Under the pieces are notes generated by a model that was not told where the DNA came from, did not search any database, and saw only the letters and a program-made list of their open reading frames with translations. A DNA stretch of 64,000 nucleotides, from contig JBMZIJ010000002.1 in the NCBI GenBank assembly GCA_049616955.1, forward strand, positions 25,972 through 89,971, written 5' to 3'. A program made the translations under genes and the position numbers. Shown here piece after piece: positions 9,787 to 19,704 of this stretch (within the stretch, counting starts at the first letter, position 1; every line of letters begins with the position of its first letter). Source of the stretch: Candidatus Poseidoniaceae archaeon. Its GTDB lineage: Archaea; Thermoplasmatota; Poseidoniia; Poseidoniales; Poseidoniaceae.

Positions 9787-12700
9787 TCACCACGCCTCTT
9801 TATTCTTCGAATCAACCACAAGAACGGCTTCAAGCACGTCGGGGTGATCGGCTTTCATTTTTCCAAGACCTAACCGTCTGGACATGGCTGAAGGGCCTCC
9901 GACAACGCCTATGCCTAATTTTTCCAACGTTATGAAAATGGCAGGCAAGAGAAGCAGGGCACTCGCTGCTGCAACCCATAGCAAGATGAGAATAACTGTC
10001 ACGAACGGTTTGATTTCGGGAATTGGAATTTGGTATGCAGTGAACATGCCTAACGAAGTTACAACGGCTGCTTCAAAGAGCGACATTCCAGTTCCAACAG
10101 CAGCTGAGCGAATGGCTTCGATTCCACCGCCCAACTCACGAATACGATTGGCAATGTGAATTGAGAAGTCAACACCAACGCCAACAAGAATCGAACCAAT
10201 CATGACCGTAACCAGCGATAACGGTACGTCCATTTGCCACATGACAAGCCATTGAAGTGCAACCGTAGCAATAACAGGTGATGTCGTGAGAAGCGAATAC
10301 CGAATATCTCTGAACACTACGGCCAAAACAATCAATGTGAGAACAATTGCGAATCCAAGCGATGTCCATTGGGAATCAACAATCAGTTTGTTGACCTCGA
10401 TTGCAGTTGCTGCGACCCCTGTCAATTTTTCTGCTCGTTCTTGGTGAGTTCCTTGGAATCCTTCAGAATATTCGTTGATTTGGTCAACAGCCACGGCAGT
10501 GTCGGCAACTGGAATAAATGGCATATCGATGTAAATCAAGGTTCGATCGTAATCGGAGTTAATGAAAATTTCACGCATCTCCTTGGTGAGGGATGAGTAA
10601 AACACATCCAGCAAGAAAATTTGGCTCTGCGTTGATCCTGGCAATCCAAACTCTTCTGGAGTGGTCAATAAATCCCAGAACGTAGCACCCTGTGTAACTT
10701 CAGTATCGAGCAAGACTTCGAACGTGTTTCGAACGTCCTCTGGTAACAATTCGTATCCAGGTAGTTCCTGAATCTGTGCGAGAATCGGTTGGCCTGATAG
10801 GGTTGGAGCAAGTCCTGTGGCTTTCATCAAGAAGACAACCGATACGGCTGAAGCGTTTTCAACTGTATTCAGATTGCGTTCCAGCCCATCGATAATCTTC
10901 AGATTTTGAGCCGGATCATCGTTGGTCGGATCGTTGTCCGTTACATCGCCTGAAACGTTTGCGTGAACGAGAACCATTCCGATTTGACCTGCATTGAATT
11001 CTTCACTGTATTGTTTCATCTTGATGACAGGTTGTTCACCTTCAGGTGCCATACCCAATAGGTCAATGTTCTCTTCAACATTGGATTGACCTATGGTTGC
11101 CGAGACAAGAACAAGGATGAGGAAGAATGCAATGACGCTTGTGTTCCGTTTGACTGGAACATCAACTGCAGCATCGAAGACTTTGAGTGGAGGGTGCTTG
11201 GGTTTCCGTAAATCGAGAATTAACGTCAGGTTGGGAACCATAAACATCGTCAAAATGTAAACAATAACGATTCCACCAGAGAGTGCAATACCGACGGTCT
11301 TAATCGGTGCCATAGGTGTGAAAATCAATGAAATAAATCCAATAACAGTCGTTATCGCTGACAGGAAGACCGCCCGACCTGTTGATTTCATCGATGCTTG
11401 CATCTTTTCGGTTCGACTACCTTCCTCTTCTGCATAACGGTTGGTAATGTGCAAACCGTACGATACACCCAGTGCGAGAAGAATTGGCCCAACGATAATG
11501 ACCGTCATTGTCACTTCATAGTTTGTAGCACCAATGATTCCAAGTGTCCAAAAGACTGCACAGAGAGTTGGAAGTCCGGCAATGATCACAACTTTGATTC
11601 CTTGGATAGGGCGGATACCTGAAATCCCTGCTTGAAGTAAATCGGAGTGGAATACGAATAAACCAATGGCGACAAGAACAACCGCCATCGGGAAGATTTC
11701 CCAAAACAAGCGGAAGGAAAACTCAGTTACAGAATTCGTAATTGGAACCGGGCCAGTCAGTGTCATTTTCAGCCCAAGGTCATCCCATGTACAACGATCG
11801 GCGCTGGCAGGGTTACCGTTCTGGTCGAATTCACAAGGGCGTTGTTCAACAGAGATGTTGTCCAAACGCTCTTGTGTTGCTTTGATGATGTCCTTTGCCT
11901 CGATTGTATCAACAACAGCAACAGCCATAATTGCACGATCGAGTTTGAAGTCTTCACCATCGAAACACCCGTTATCATCAGCGCCTTCTTCATTGGGCTG
12001 TCCGCTGCACGCATTCGTGTTTCTCGCTAACTTGTCCAGTCCAGGTGTTGGTGATCCATCGTTTTCGTACATTTCACCAATGATCAGATCGATGGTTGTC
12101 TGAGAGGGTATTTCGTACCCGCCAGCGAACTGTTCATCACCAGCAGACAGCGCTGAGTTCACGTTGGCAGCAAAATTCTCGCAGACTTCTTGGAACGATG
12201 GACATTGACGTCCAAGTTCAGTGATGAACGCATCTCGTACACGTGGAAGGCTGGAATTGATTTCTTTCAAGACCGTCGAAATGGATAGAATGTAAATGAC
12301 ATCATCACTTTCGTTGTCCGAAACGTATGGGTTGATGCTTTTCTCAACATAGCTAATTTCCTGAAGAATGCGCTGGTCAGTGATGTTGTTTTTATCGGAT
12401 TCTATGTAGATAACCATGACATTGGTCGTCCAATCTTCTTCAACCATTCCAATCAATTCCTTGACCTCGCTACCATCTGGCAGGTAAACTTCCATGTCTC
12501 CGTTGACATTCAAGGCAGGTTCGTTTGGATCATCATCAAACTGCGTATCATCGAGGAAACCCGAAGTGGTGACGAAATACAATGTGATCATCAGGAAGAG
12601 AGCAACAGTTGCGATAGGGAAGCGAGTGATGGCTCCTGTTGCACCAGTTTTTTGCCATTCTCGCTTCAACCGTTTTGGGGCATCAAGGACTGCATCAACA

Positions 12701-12849
12701 GCCTTACGAGCATCGAAGTCTCGAACTCTGGCAGAAATGTCAACAGATGCAACGCGAACGCGTTCTTTACTGTATTCAGCGATGGCCTGAATGCGTCCAA
12801 CATCACCCTCATCTGAAGAGGATGGCATTTCTTCGACGTCATCGGACAT
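9787..12849 (-). CDS. MMPL/RND-superfamily transporter
   Basis: Two repeats of TM + large extracellular loop + TM bundle. ALGVSYGLHI and GVGVDFSIHI RND TM4/TM10 motifs. Start refined to MSDDVEEM. Confidence 0.9.
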   Translation of the reverse strand: MSDDVEEMPSSSDEGDVGRIQAIAEYSKERVRVASVDISARVRDFDARKAVDAVLDAPKRLKREWQKTGATGAITRFPIATVALFLMITLYFVTTSGFLDDTQFDDDPNEPALNVNGDMEVYLPDGSEVKELIGMVEEDWTTNVMVIYIESDKNNITDQRILQEISYVEKSINPYVSDNESDDVIYILSISTVLKEINSSLPRVRDAFITELGRQCPSFQEVCENFAANVNSALSAGDEQFAGGYEIPSQTTIDLIIGEMYENDGSPTPGLDKLARNTNACSGQPNEEGADDNGCFDGEDFKLDRAIMAVAVVDTIEAKDIIKATQERLDNISVEQRPCEFDQNGNPASADRCTWDDLGLKMTLTGPVPITNSVTEFSFRLFWEIFPMAVVLVAIGLFVFHSDLLQAGISGIRPIQGIKVVIIAGLPTLCAVFWTLGIIGATNYEVTMTVIIVGPILLALGVSYGLHITNRYAEEEGSRTEKMQASMKSTGRAVFLSAITTVIGFISLIFTPMAPIKTVGIALSGGIVIVYILTMFMVPNLTLILDLRKPKHPPLKVFDAAVDVPVKRNTSVIAFFLILVLVSATIGQSNVEENIDLLGMAPEGEQPVIKMKQYSEEFNAGQIGMVLVHANVSGDVTDNDPTNDDPAQNLKIIDGLERNLNTVENASAVSVVFLMKATGLAPTLSGQPILAQIQELPGYELLPEDVRNTFEVLLDTEVTQGATFWDLLTTPEEFGLPGSTQSQIFLLDVFYSSLTKEMREIFINSDYDRTLIYIDMPFIPVADTAVAVDQINEYSEGFQGTHQERAEKLTGVAATAIEVNKLIVDSQWTSLGFAIVLTLIVLAVVFRDIRYSLLTTSPVIATVALQWLVMWQMDVPLSLVTVMIGSILVGVGVDFSIHIANRIRELGGGIEAIRSAAVGTGMSLFEAAVVTSLGMFTAYQIPIPEIKPFVTVILILLWVAAASALLLLPAIFITLEKLGIGVVGGPSAMSRRLGLGKMKADHPDVLEAVLVVDSKNKEAW

Positions 12850-12982
12850 ACGTGAACCCAACACGCCCTTGTGTCCTTCATTGAAAGTATTGCTGTCTCG
12901 TTGTGAGGGAACCGTTCAAAAAGACAAGAACACAGGGCGAGTCGGACCCCCCCGTTCACAGGGGGCAGGGCCGGTGTTTAGC

Positions 12983-15445
12983 ATGGCAACGCCTCGACTT
13001 CCAGAAAAACGATGGTCAATCGACCTTGAAAAGAAAATCCAAGAAGAACACTACGCTGATGAAGTTTCATATCAACATCGATATGGATTCAAACCTGACA
13101 GCGGCAAGCCAATTTTTGTCATCGATACACCACCACCATACCCATCGGGAACATGGCATATTGGTGCAGTAGCACAATATTCAATGATTGATGTACTCGC
13201 TCGTTCCCAACGTTTGTTGGGCAAGGAAGTTTACTTCCCTTGGGGTGTCGATCGAAATGGTATCAACATCGAATTTACTGTTGAGAAGAATACGAAGAGG
13301 AAGATGAAGACTTACGAGCGGGAAGAATTTCTCAATCTCTGCCGTGATACAATTGAAACCTTCACGCAAGCAATGCGGAAGACAGCTGCTCGAGTAGGAT
13401 TATCCTGCGATTTTGCAGCTGAATACCTCACGGATGCGCCCGATTATCGTTCTGTCACACAATCCATTTTCATCGAGTTGTTCAAGAAAGGCGACATTGT
13501 TGAGGATCTACGGCCAAACATCTACGATCCTGTCGAAGGGACAACCATTGCAGATGCTGAGGTCGAACGAATTGGACGAATGACCAAACTTGTTGATGTG
13601 CGTTGGAACACCGAGGATGGAGAAGAACTTGTCATTTCGACCACCCGGCCAGAATTAATCTGCGCTTGCGGCGTGGTTGTCGTTCATCCAGACGACAAAC
13701 GATACCAACATCTCGTAGGCAAGAAGGCCATCCTTCCCATGCCGGTTCATGGACGTGAACAATCGGTCGAAATTCAAACCCATCCTTCCGTCAAATCAGA
13801 ATTTGGTAGCGGTATTTTGATGGTGTGTTCTTTTGGTGATCAAAACGACGTTGCAGTCTTCAGAGAACTCGGCCTTACCCCATTCCAAGCCATTGATTTG
13901 AACGGATGTATGACCTCGATTGCAGGACCTCTTGAGGGCATGGCTGTTCTCGATGCCCGAGCCAAAGCGATTGAGATGTTGGAAAGCGACGGCAACATCG
14001 TCTCAATCGAAGAGCGTCAACAAGAAGTTCCAGTATCTGAACGAGGGAAGAATCCTGTTGAAATCATTCTCCTCAAAGAGTGGTATGTACGTCAAACCCA
14101 TATCCAAGACAAGATGCTTGAGTTGATTGAGGACATTGAATTTCATCCCCCAAGGAACCGTCAATTCCTATTGGATTGGATGGAAAACATCAGTATTGAT
14201 TGGCCAATTTCACGACGCAGATGGTATCACACAGAAATTCCAATTTGGTATTCTGAAGATGAGGAATTCATCATCGTTCCACCATCCGGCCAGTATGTTC
14301 AACCATGGAAAGATGCTCCTCCAGAAGGGTCACGAGTTCTTCGACGGGACACTCGTGAAGATGTAGGATCCTTCACGGATCTTTCAAGCAGCCTTGGAGA
14401 AATTCGTGGTGAAGAAAAGGTGTTCGATACATGGATGGACTCCTCAAACTCCAATCTCTTTGTCAGTGGCTATCTCAATCAACCTGATGTGTTTGAGAAA
14501 GCCTTCCCAACTGCACTGCGTCCTCAAGGAAAGGAAATTGTGCGAACGTGGCTTTACTACACGCTCCTCAAGTCTGCACTTTTATTGGAACAGCCTGGTT
14601 TCAAGCACGTTTGGATCGATGGATTAGGAATGGATCCATGGGGTCGAAAAATGTCAAAGTCACTCGGCAATGGTATCGATGCTGACAGCGTCTTGGAATG
14701 CGGTGCAGGTGGCCGAACCGGTTCATGGAAGGTGCGAGGTCCTGATGGTTCTGTTAGTCTCAAAGCGAACAAGATTGGAAGTGAATGTTTCCGCTTATGG
14801 AAAGCATGTGAGGCACAAGTTGGTGACGATTTCCACATTAACCCTGAAGAAATTGAATCGAAGTACTTTGGAGTCCTGACGAAAATTTTCAACGTTGCCC
14901 GCTTTGCGAGTCAATTTGATGCCCCTGAACAAGAACCAACAACTCCATATCCAATTGAAGATCAATGGATTCAATCAGAATTTGCATCCATGATGAAAAC
15001 GGTCGAGGATGCATGGACAAACCTTGACATCTACACTGCAACACAAGCGCTCAAAACGTTTGGAACTGGTATTTTGCCATCGCATTGGCTTGAAATGGCA
15101 AAATCAAGACTGTACGATGGAGATCAACATGCTGCCTGGACAATCCATAGCATCTTGCGTCACTTCCTCGCAGCATTCAGTCCCGTCTGTCCATTTTTCT
15201 GTCACCATATCTCGATGACCCTCTACGGTGAAAGCGCTGTCGATGTGGATGCCTTCCCAGAACTTCCACCTGTTCAAGAAAATTTGAATTCCAAGACATC
15301 TGAGATTGAAGCGTTCAACAGCGAAGTTTGGAAGACAAAGAAAGAGAATGGGTTATCACTCAACGCAGAAATTGAGGGTATTGAAATCCCAGACGTTTTG
15401 GAAGATTTCCGTGGAACGTTAACCCGGATGCACAAGTTACTCTGA
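12983..15445 (+). CDS. valS: Valine--tRNA ligase (archaeal type)
   Basis: IDTPPPYPSG..HIGA, STTRPEL, DWPISR, VFDTWMDSS, LRPQG, KMSKS. Start refined to MATPRLPEK. Confidence 0.93.
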   Translation: MATPRLPEKRWSIDLEKKIQEEHYADEVSYQHRYGFKPDSGKPIFVIDTPPPYPSGTWHIGAVAQYSMIDVLARSQRLLGKEVYFPWGVDRNGINIEFTVEKNTKRKMKTYEREEFLNLCRDTIETFTQAMRKTAARVGLSCDFAAEYLTDAPDYRSVTQSIFIELFKKGDIVEDLRPNIYDPVEGTTIADAEVERIGRMTKLVDVRWNTEDGEELVISTTRPELICACGVVVVHPDDKRYQHLVGKKAILPMPVHGREQSVEIQTHPSVKSEFGSGILMVCSFGDQNDVAVFRELGLTPFQAIDLNGCMTSIAGPLEGMAVLDARAKAIEMLESDGNIVSIEERQQEVPVSERGKNPVEIILLKEWYVRQTHIQDKMLELIEDIEFHPPRNRQFLLDWMENISIDWPISRRRWYHTEIPIWYSEDEEFIIVPPSGQYVQPWKDAPPEGSRVLRRDTREDVGSFTDLSSSLGEIRGEEKVFDTWMDSSNSNLFVSGYLNQPDVFEKAFPTALRPQGKEIVRTWLYYTLLKSALLLEQPGFKHVWIDGLGMDPWGRKMSKSLGNGIDADSVLECGAGGRTGSWKVRGPDGSVSLKANKIGSECFRLWKACEAQVGDDFHINPEEIESKYFGVLTKIFNVARFASQFDAPEQEPTTPYPIEDQWIQSEFASMMKTVEDAWTNLDIYTATQALKTFGTGILPSHWLEMAKSRLYDGDQHAAWTIHSILRHFLAAFSPVCPFFCHHISMTLYGESAVDVDAFPELPPVQENLNSKTSEIEAFNSEVWKTKKENGLSLNAEIEGIEIPDVLEDFRGTLTRMHKLL

Positions 15446-16549
15446 TTCCTCGTCAAATTTCAACGTCGTCTGACGTGAATCCAATTCTTCGAGTTGGCCA
15501 AGTCGAAAACCAATAAGACGAATCTTCTCGTCTTGATGTACGTTTTCAGCAAACAGTCGACGTACTTGTCGCAAGAAAACATCCGTGTCGTCCATAGCAA
15601 CAGGTATTGAACGACCATGAGTATGCGTTTCAAATCCAGTGTAACGAATTTTTACTTCTGCAAGTCGACCAGCAATACCTTCTACTCGAGCTTTCTCCAA
15701 GACGCCCTCTGTCAATTGCTCCAATAAGCCGAGTACATGTTCGTGGTCACTTTGATCCGTGGAAAACGTTCGCTCTTTGCCAATTGAACGACGAGATCTC
15801 AATGGACTCACTTCGCTTGATGTTGAACCTTCAACCACCCGAATCAACCAGGAAGAAAACCTACGTGATGTCATTCGAGAAAGTGCAAGTTCGCCCAAAT
15901 TCACCGCCTCATCCATGGTATTAATTCCCCATTCTGCGAGTACGTTGGCTGTCTTTGGACCAATTCCTGGTACTTCACGGACGGAACGTTGGTCAAAAAA
16001 TTCAGAGATCTCATCCGGTAGAACTCGGTGAATACCATTCGGTTTGTTGACTTCTGAAGACATCTTGGCGATAATTCGTGTAGGCCCGATTCCAAAGGAT
16101 GCGGTCAGACCGACTTTTTCGTAAATCATTCGTTGGAGTCTGCGTGCAAGAGCCATCGCTTCATCCCAATCATGTTCGACAGACTCTGTCACATCGAGAT
16201 ACGCTTCATCGATACTCGCCTGTTCAAACTTATCTGAATCGTGGCGCAATATCTTCATCACTCGACGAGATGCCATGGAATACAACGATCGCGTGCCTCG
16301 AATGAATCGAGCGGGGCCAAATGGATGCCCAGGACAACGTCGCCAAGCTTCGGAAATTGGCATAGCAGAGCGAACACCATACTTTCGCGCTGCATAGTTG
16401 CAGGTTGACACAATACCACGTCCTCGTCCTTGCATGGGATCTGAACCAATGATCAGTGGTTCATCCTCAGGAAACCCATGGTGAAGAATCTCGACCGATG
16501 CAAAAAAGGCATCAAGGTCGCAATGGATGAGAATCCGTTCTGCACGCAC
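15437..16549 (-). CDS. dinB: Y-family DNA polymerase IV (DinB/Dbh)
   Basis: HCDLDAFFASVE, NYAARKYGVRSAMP, SIDEAYLD, NKPNG, VPGIGPKT. Start is probably GTG 16549 (ORF track gives 16585). Confidence 0.95.
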   Translation of the reverse strand: MRAERILIHCDLDAFFASVEILHHGFPEDEPLIIGSDPMQGRGRGIVSTCNYAARKYGVRSAMPISEAWRRCPGHPFGPARFIRGTRSLYSMASRRVMKILRHDSDKFEQASIDEAYLDVTESVEHDWDEAMALARRLQRMIYEKVGLTASFGIGPTRIIAKMSSEVNKPNGIHRVLPDEISEFFDQRSVREVPGIGPKTANVLAEWGINTMDEAVNLGELALSRMTSRRFSSWLIRVVEGSTSSEVSPLRSRRSIGKERTFSTDQSDHEHVLGLLEQLTEGVLEKARVEGIAGRLAEVKIRYTGFETHTHGRSIPVAMDDTDVFLRQVRRLFAENVHQDEKIRLIGFRLGQLEELDSRQTTLKFDEESE

Positions 16550-16587
16550 ACATGGATACACTTGGCGACAGTGTTTGAAATTCATCC

Positions 16588-16597
16588 TTCACTTTTC
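16588..16597 (+). promoter_or_regulatory. Candidate DNA-damage-responsive element TTCACTTTTC (dinB / radA-like divergent promoter)
   Basis: The identical 10-mer recurs at 20029-20038 (minus strand), upstream of the PolB2 operon. Confidence 0.5.
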
Positions 16598-16658
16598 CAT
16601 TACCCTCTGCAAAAACACTGAGGTTTGATTTCAGTGATTGGCAATACTTGGTGAGACA

Positions 16659-17333
16659 ATGCTTCCAGCACAACGACAACGTGATGAATTACGGATCCCA
16701 TCGACTGGAATCACGCTTCTTGAAGGTCCTGGGTATTTTGGAAAGGATGTACGCCATGTGGTTCAGCATTGGACTGCTGTTCTTCTTTCACAAGGACACG
16801 CTGTTCATTGGATTGATGGGGGGCATCGATTTGATCCAAGCGGTTTCTTTCCTGCGATGCGTTCGCTAAATTGTCATATCGAAGATGGTTTACGGCGTTT
16901 GTACATTGGAAGGGGTTTCACGTTGCATCAACTGCACGCACTCATTTCGAGAGTGCAACATGAAGCGGCATTAACACATGCATCAATGATTGTCATCGAT
17001 GGTATGCTGACGATGTTTCTTGACGAACAAATCAAACGATTTGAATCACGTTCCATCCTACGTCACTGTATGGATTCGCTTCAAAAATTGGGGCATCGTT
17101 GTCCCATTGTCCTTCTTGATGGGAAGACCAAATCGTCCCTGCATCAACAACTGAAGCATACGATGAGACCCTACCTCAATCAGCGATTGAAGGGTCAGTG
17201 GGACGGCCAAAGAAAGACTGTACTTCGTTTCACAAACACGACAAATGAGGATCAAATACTGATTGAACGTCCGAAAATCACAACTGAACAACATCAATTG
17301 ACTGACTTTACATCCACCGATTCAAGCGAATAA
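16659..17333 (+). CDS. Degenerate RecA/RadA-fold protein (PolB2-associated, ImuA-like)
   Basis: Walker A-like GPGYFGKD, WIDGGHRFDP, LYIGRGFTLHQL, Walker B-like MIVIDG. GGTGA SD before ATG 16659. Confidence 0.8.
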   Translation: MLPAQRQRDELRIPSTGITLLEGPGYFGKDVRHVVQHWTAVLLSQGHAVHWIDGGHRFDPSGFFPAMRSLNCHIEDGLRRLYIGRGFTLHQLHALISRVQHEAALTHASMIVIDGMLTMFLDEQIKRFESRSILRHCMDSLQKLGHRCPIVLLDGKTKSSLHQQLKHTMRPYLNQRLKGQWDGQRKTVLRFTNTTNEDQILIERPKITTEQHQLTDFTSTDSSE

Positions 17334-19704
17334 ACGACGGTTGGAGGAGTTCATCTTCAGACCAGCCGAACGGAGCCAAAATCGACCATATTGCACGTAC
17401 AGCCAGGCGCCGATAATGATCAACATCGATGCGTCGAATTGGCTGTTCCATTTGCTCACATTCCCGTGCAAGAACGACGCGGTGCAAGGGATTAGCAGGA
17501 TCTTTTTCACAAACAACAAAACGGACTTTTGAGGCCAATTCAAGCGGATACCCAAGAGATTCTGAACGCTGGTAGGCCAACATTGCAACGGTTTGCGCAC
17601 CATTCTGCGATGGCTTTCTTGAGATTCGTTGTGCGATGAGCAACTCCTTTGGAAGCAGTTGGTGCTGTTCAAGACGTTTCACTTCATCGATCAGCAGACG
17701 TTGAACTTGACATTGAACACGATGATGCGGGATTCCATCGACCAAATCATCCGAATCAGCAAGAAGTTGAAGAGCCCGAGATTGCAATTGAGCAATCCAT
17801 GGACATGTCGAATGTTGGCGTAATTCAAGGCCTCGAATCTTCATCCCCTTCTCCCCGTAAGCCCAATACTTGGTAAGAGAACCACCGCTGTGCATTCGGC
17901 TTGGAAGAAATGCAATGCAGCGGTACGTTGCTTCATATTCAAGAGGAATTCCAGTCATCTCGTGGACATGTTTTGACAGGTTCATGGCGGATTGGTGTTG
18001 TTCTTCGTGTGTACGCCCTTTGAGGTCTCGAATCCAAATCGAATCAACGATGGCGTGCAACACTTCCCACCCATGCTCTTGCGCAGAATCGATGGTTTGC
18101 AAAAGGAGCTCACGTGCCCAAGCACAAATGGCTTCATGCGCTTCAATACGGCCAAAACGAGCATTGCGATAACCGGTGTAACCAAAGCAGGTGACGAGGA
18201 GCCATTTGAGGGCGTTTTGCTGGCGATCGGCTGCGTCTCCTTTGACAACAATCTGTTGCTTTAGACGCCGGCGACGTTCAATGAGAGGTGCAACGACACG
18301 CCCGAGAAATCCATGCCGACGGCCACACGTATGGGTCATCAATTCAGGAACCTGAAACGCCGTTGAACATCGTTGAGGAAACGCAAGACTCGCTGATTTC
18401 CATTGCTGATTCTGAAATTGAAACCGTTTCTTGGCTTCATCGGGATGAAGTGGGAGTGGTACAGTGTTTTCAGTTGGTTGGCAACAACTGCAATTCAATG
18501 TTTCTGGAGAGATGTTGCGCGTTGCAATAATGCTTGGAAAAAGACTCGCGAAATCAAGTTCAATCACATTCGCATAGACGCCAGGGCGACTATCGAGATA
18601 GAGTCCACCTCGGTCGGATTGCAACAAATCCCATGCAGATTTTGTGTCCTCAGGACGCGTCTTTTTCCACGGGACAAGTACACCATCCTCCATCGCAACT
18701 CTGTATTGTATCGCACTGATGACCGAGCCCGGCGACTTTCGCGCTGCATCACTGATTCGCGTAGCAGAAACCTGAGCGAGTTCATACAAACCATCGAGAC
18801 CACCCTCTCGAAACATGAAACTGGAAGAGAGATCGATATGGATACGACCTTCAAGAGGAAATTGAGGGTCGCTTCGCAAAACTTGGCCATAGGATGACAG
18901 AATTCGACTTCGACCAACTTGTCGTAACGGTGTTTGATTACGTCCAAGACAGATGGTTGCATGTTTAGCCTCAAGATACGAGAGCAAGTGTGGAAACCCT
19001 TCGGTATTACCACGCACAGATAACACAAGATCGGGATCGTATTCACGAAACCATCGTTCCAATTGCTGAATCTGTTCGGGTACATTCAGCCCAAATGTCA
19101 CCTGAGAACCGGTCATGTTGCCCGATGTATCGCATGGAGTGACCCGAACATACGTTGGCTGCCGACATAATGTTCGACCTTGACCAACATCATTGAGATG
19201 TATCTCAATCTGACAACAACGCCAATCACGTCGATGAACATCATTGTCCAAGAGGCTCAACTTGTTTTGATCGAGGCATACAGCAGAACCAATGGTCAAT
19301 CGCTTGGAAGTGAGATACTGTTGTTCGGCTCGAACATCAACAGAATAAAGCGTGAACCGGACATGCTCACCTCGTGCATCGATGTGTTCTGCGAGAGAGC
19401 GTAATGTTGCACATGAATCAAGGGTAAGAGCAAGCATACGTTCCATATCTTGAGAGCCCAATTCTGGGCGTTTCATTTCAAAGGCGTAACCCTGCAAACC
19501 GTAGCGAATCCGAAGTTCCGGTTGCCACAACCAGTCAGCCAAATTTCGAAGATCGGATGGATCACCAGCCACGTGAACAACAGGGTGCCAAGGTTCGCGA
19601 AATGAGACCACAGTACCTTCTTCGGTCACAATCCATACAATCAATTCACGTTGAGCAGAGCAAAGATGAACATCCAAAATCCATCCTTCAATCGCTTTCA
19701 TCAT
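17308..19704 (-). CDS. polB2: Family B DNA polymerase, archaeal PolB2 group
   Basis: Motif A ELDFASLFPSII, motif B QQNALKWLLVTCFGYTG, altered motif C HAIVDS, KIRGLE, Cys cluster LNCSCC..HTCG. Start refined to MMKAIEGWILDV. Confidence 0.9.
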   Translation of the reverse strand: MMKAIEGWILDVHLCSAQRELIVWIVTEEGTVVSFREPWHPVVHVAGDPSDLRNLADWLWQPELRIRYGLQGYAFEMKRPELGSQDMERMLALTLDSCATLRSLAEHIDARGEHVRFTLYSVDVRAEQQYLTSKRLTIGSAVCLDQNKLSLLDNDVHRRDWRCCQIEIHLNDVGQGRTLCRQPTYVRVTPCDTSGNMTGSQVTFGLNVPEQIQQLERWFREYDPDLVLSVRGNTEGFPHLLSYLEAKHATICLGRNQTPLRQVGRSRILSSYGQVLRSDPQFPLEGRIHIDLSSSFMFREGGLDGLYELAQVSATRISDAARKSPGSVISAIQYRVAMEDGVLVPWKKTRPEDTKSAWDLLQSDRGGLYLDSRPGVYANVIELDFASLFPSIIATRNISPETLNCSCCQPTENTVPLPLHPDEAKKRFQFQNQQWKSASLAFPQRCSTAFQVPELMTHTCGRRHGFLGRVVAPLIERRRRLKQQIVVKGDAADRQQNALKWLLVTCFGYTGYRNARFGRIEAHEAICAWARELLLQTIDSAQEHGWEVLHAIVDSIWIRDLKGRTHEEQHQSAMNLSKHVHEMTGIPLEYEATYRCIAFLPSRMHSGGSLTKYWAYGEKGMKIRGLELRQHSTCPWIAQLQSRALQLLADSDDLVDGIPHHRVQCQVQRLLIDEVKRLEQHQLLPKELLIAQRISRKPSQNGAQTVAMLAYQRSESLGYPLELASKVRFVVCEKDPANPLHRVVLARECEQMEQPIRRIDVDHYRRLAVRAIWSILAPFGWSEDELLQPSFIRLNRWM

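Noticed and set aside
12944..12968. C-run/G-run inverted repeat upstream of valS as a T-box or attenuator
   Set aside because: Only a 5-bp homopolymer stem around the presumed promoter box, too short for a regulatory leader, and with no T-box motif.
17308..19704. PolB as the signature of a casposon, provirus (magrovirus) or pipolin
   Set aside because: It has PolB2-type motifs and partner genes. There is no Cas1, integrase, capsid gene, terminal repeat or compositional break, and the flanks are housekeeping genes.
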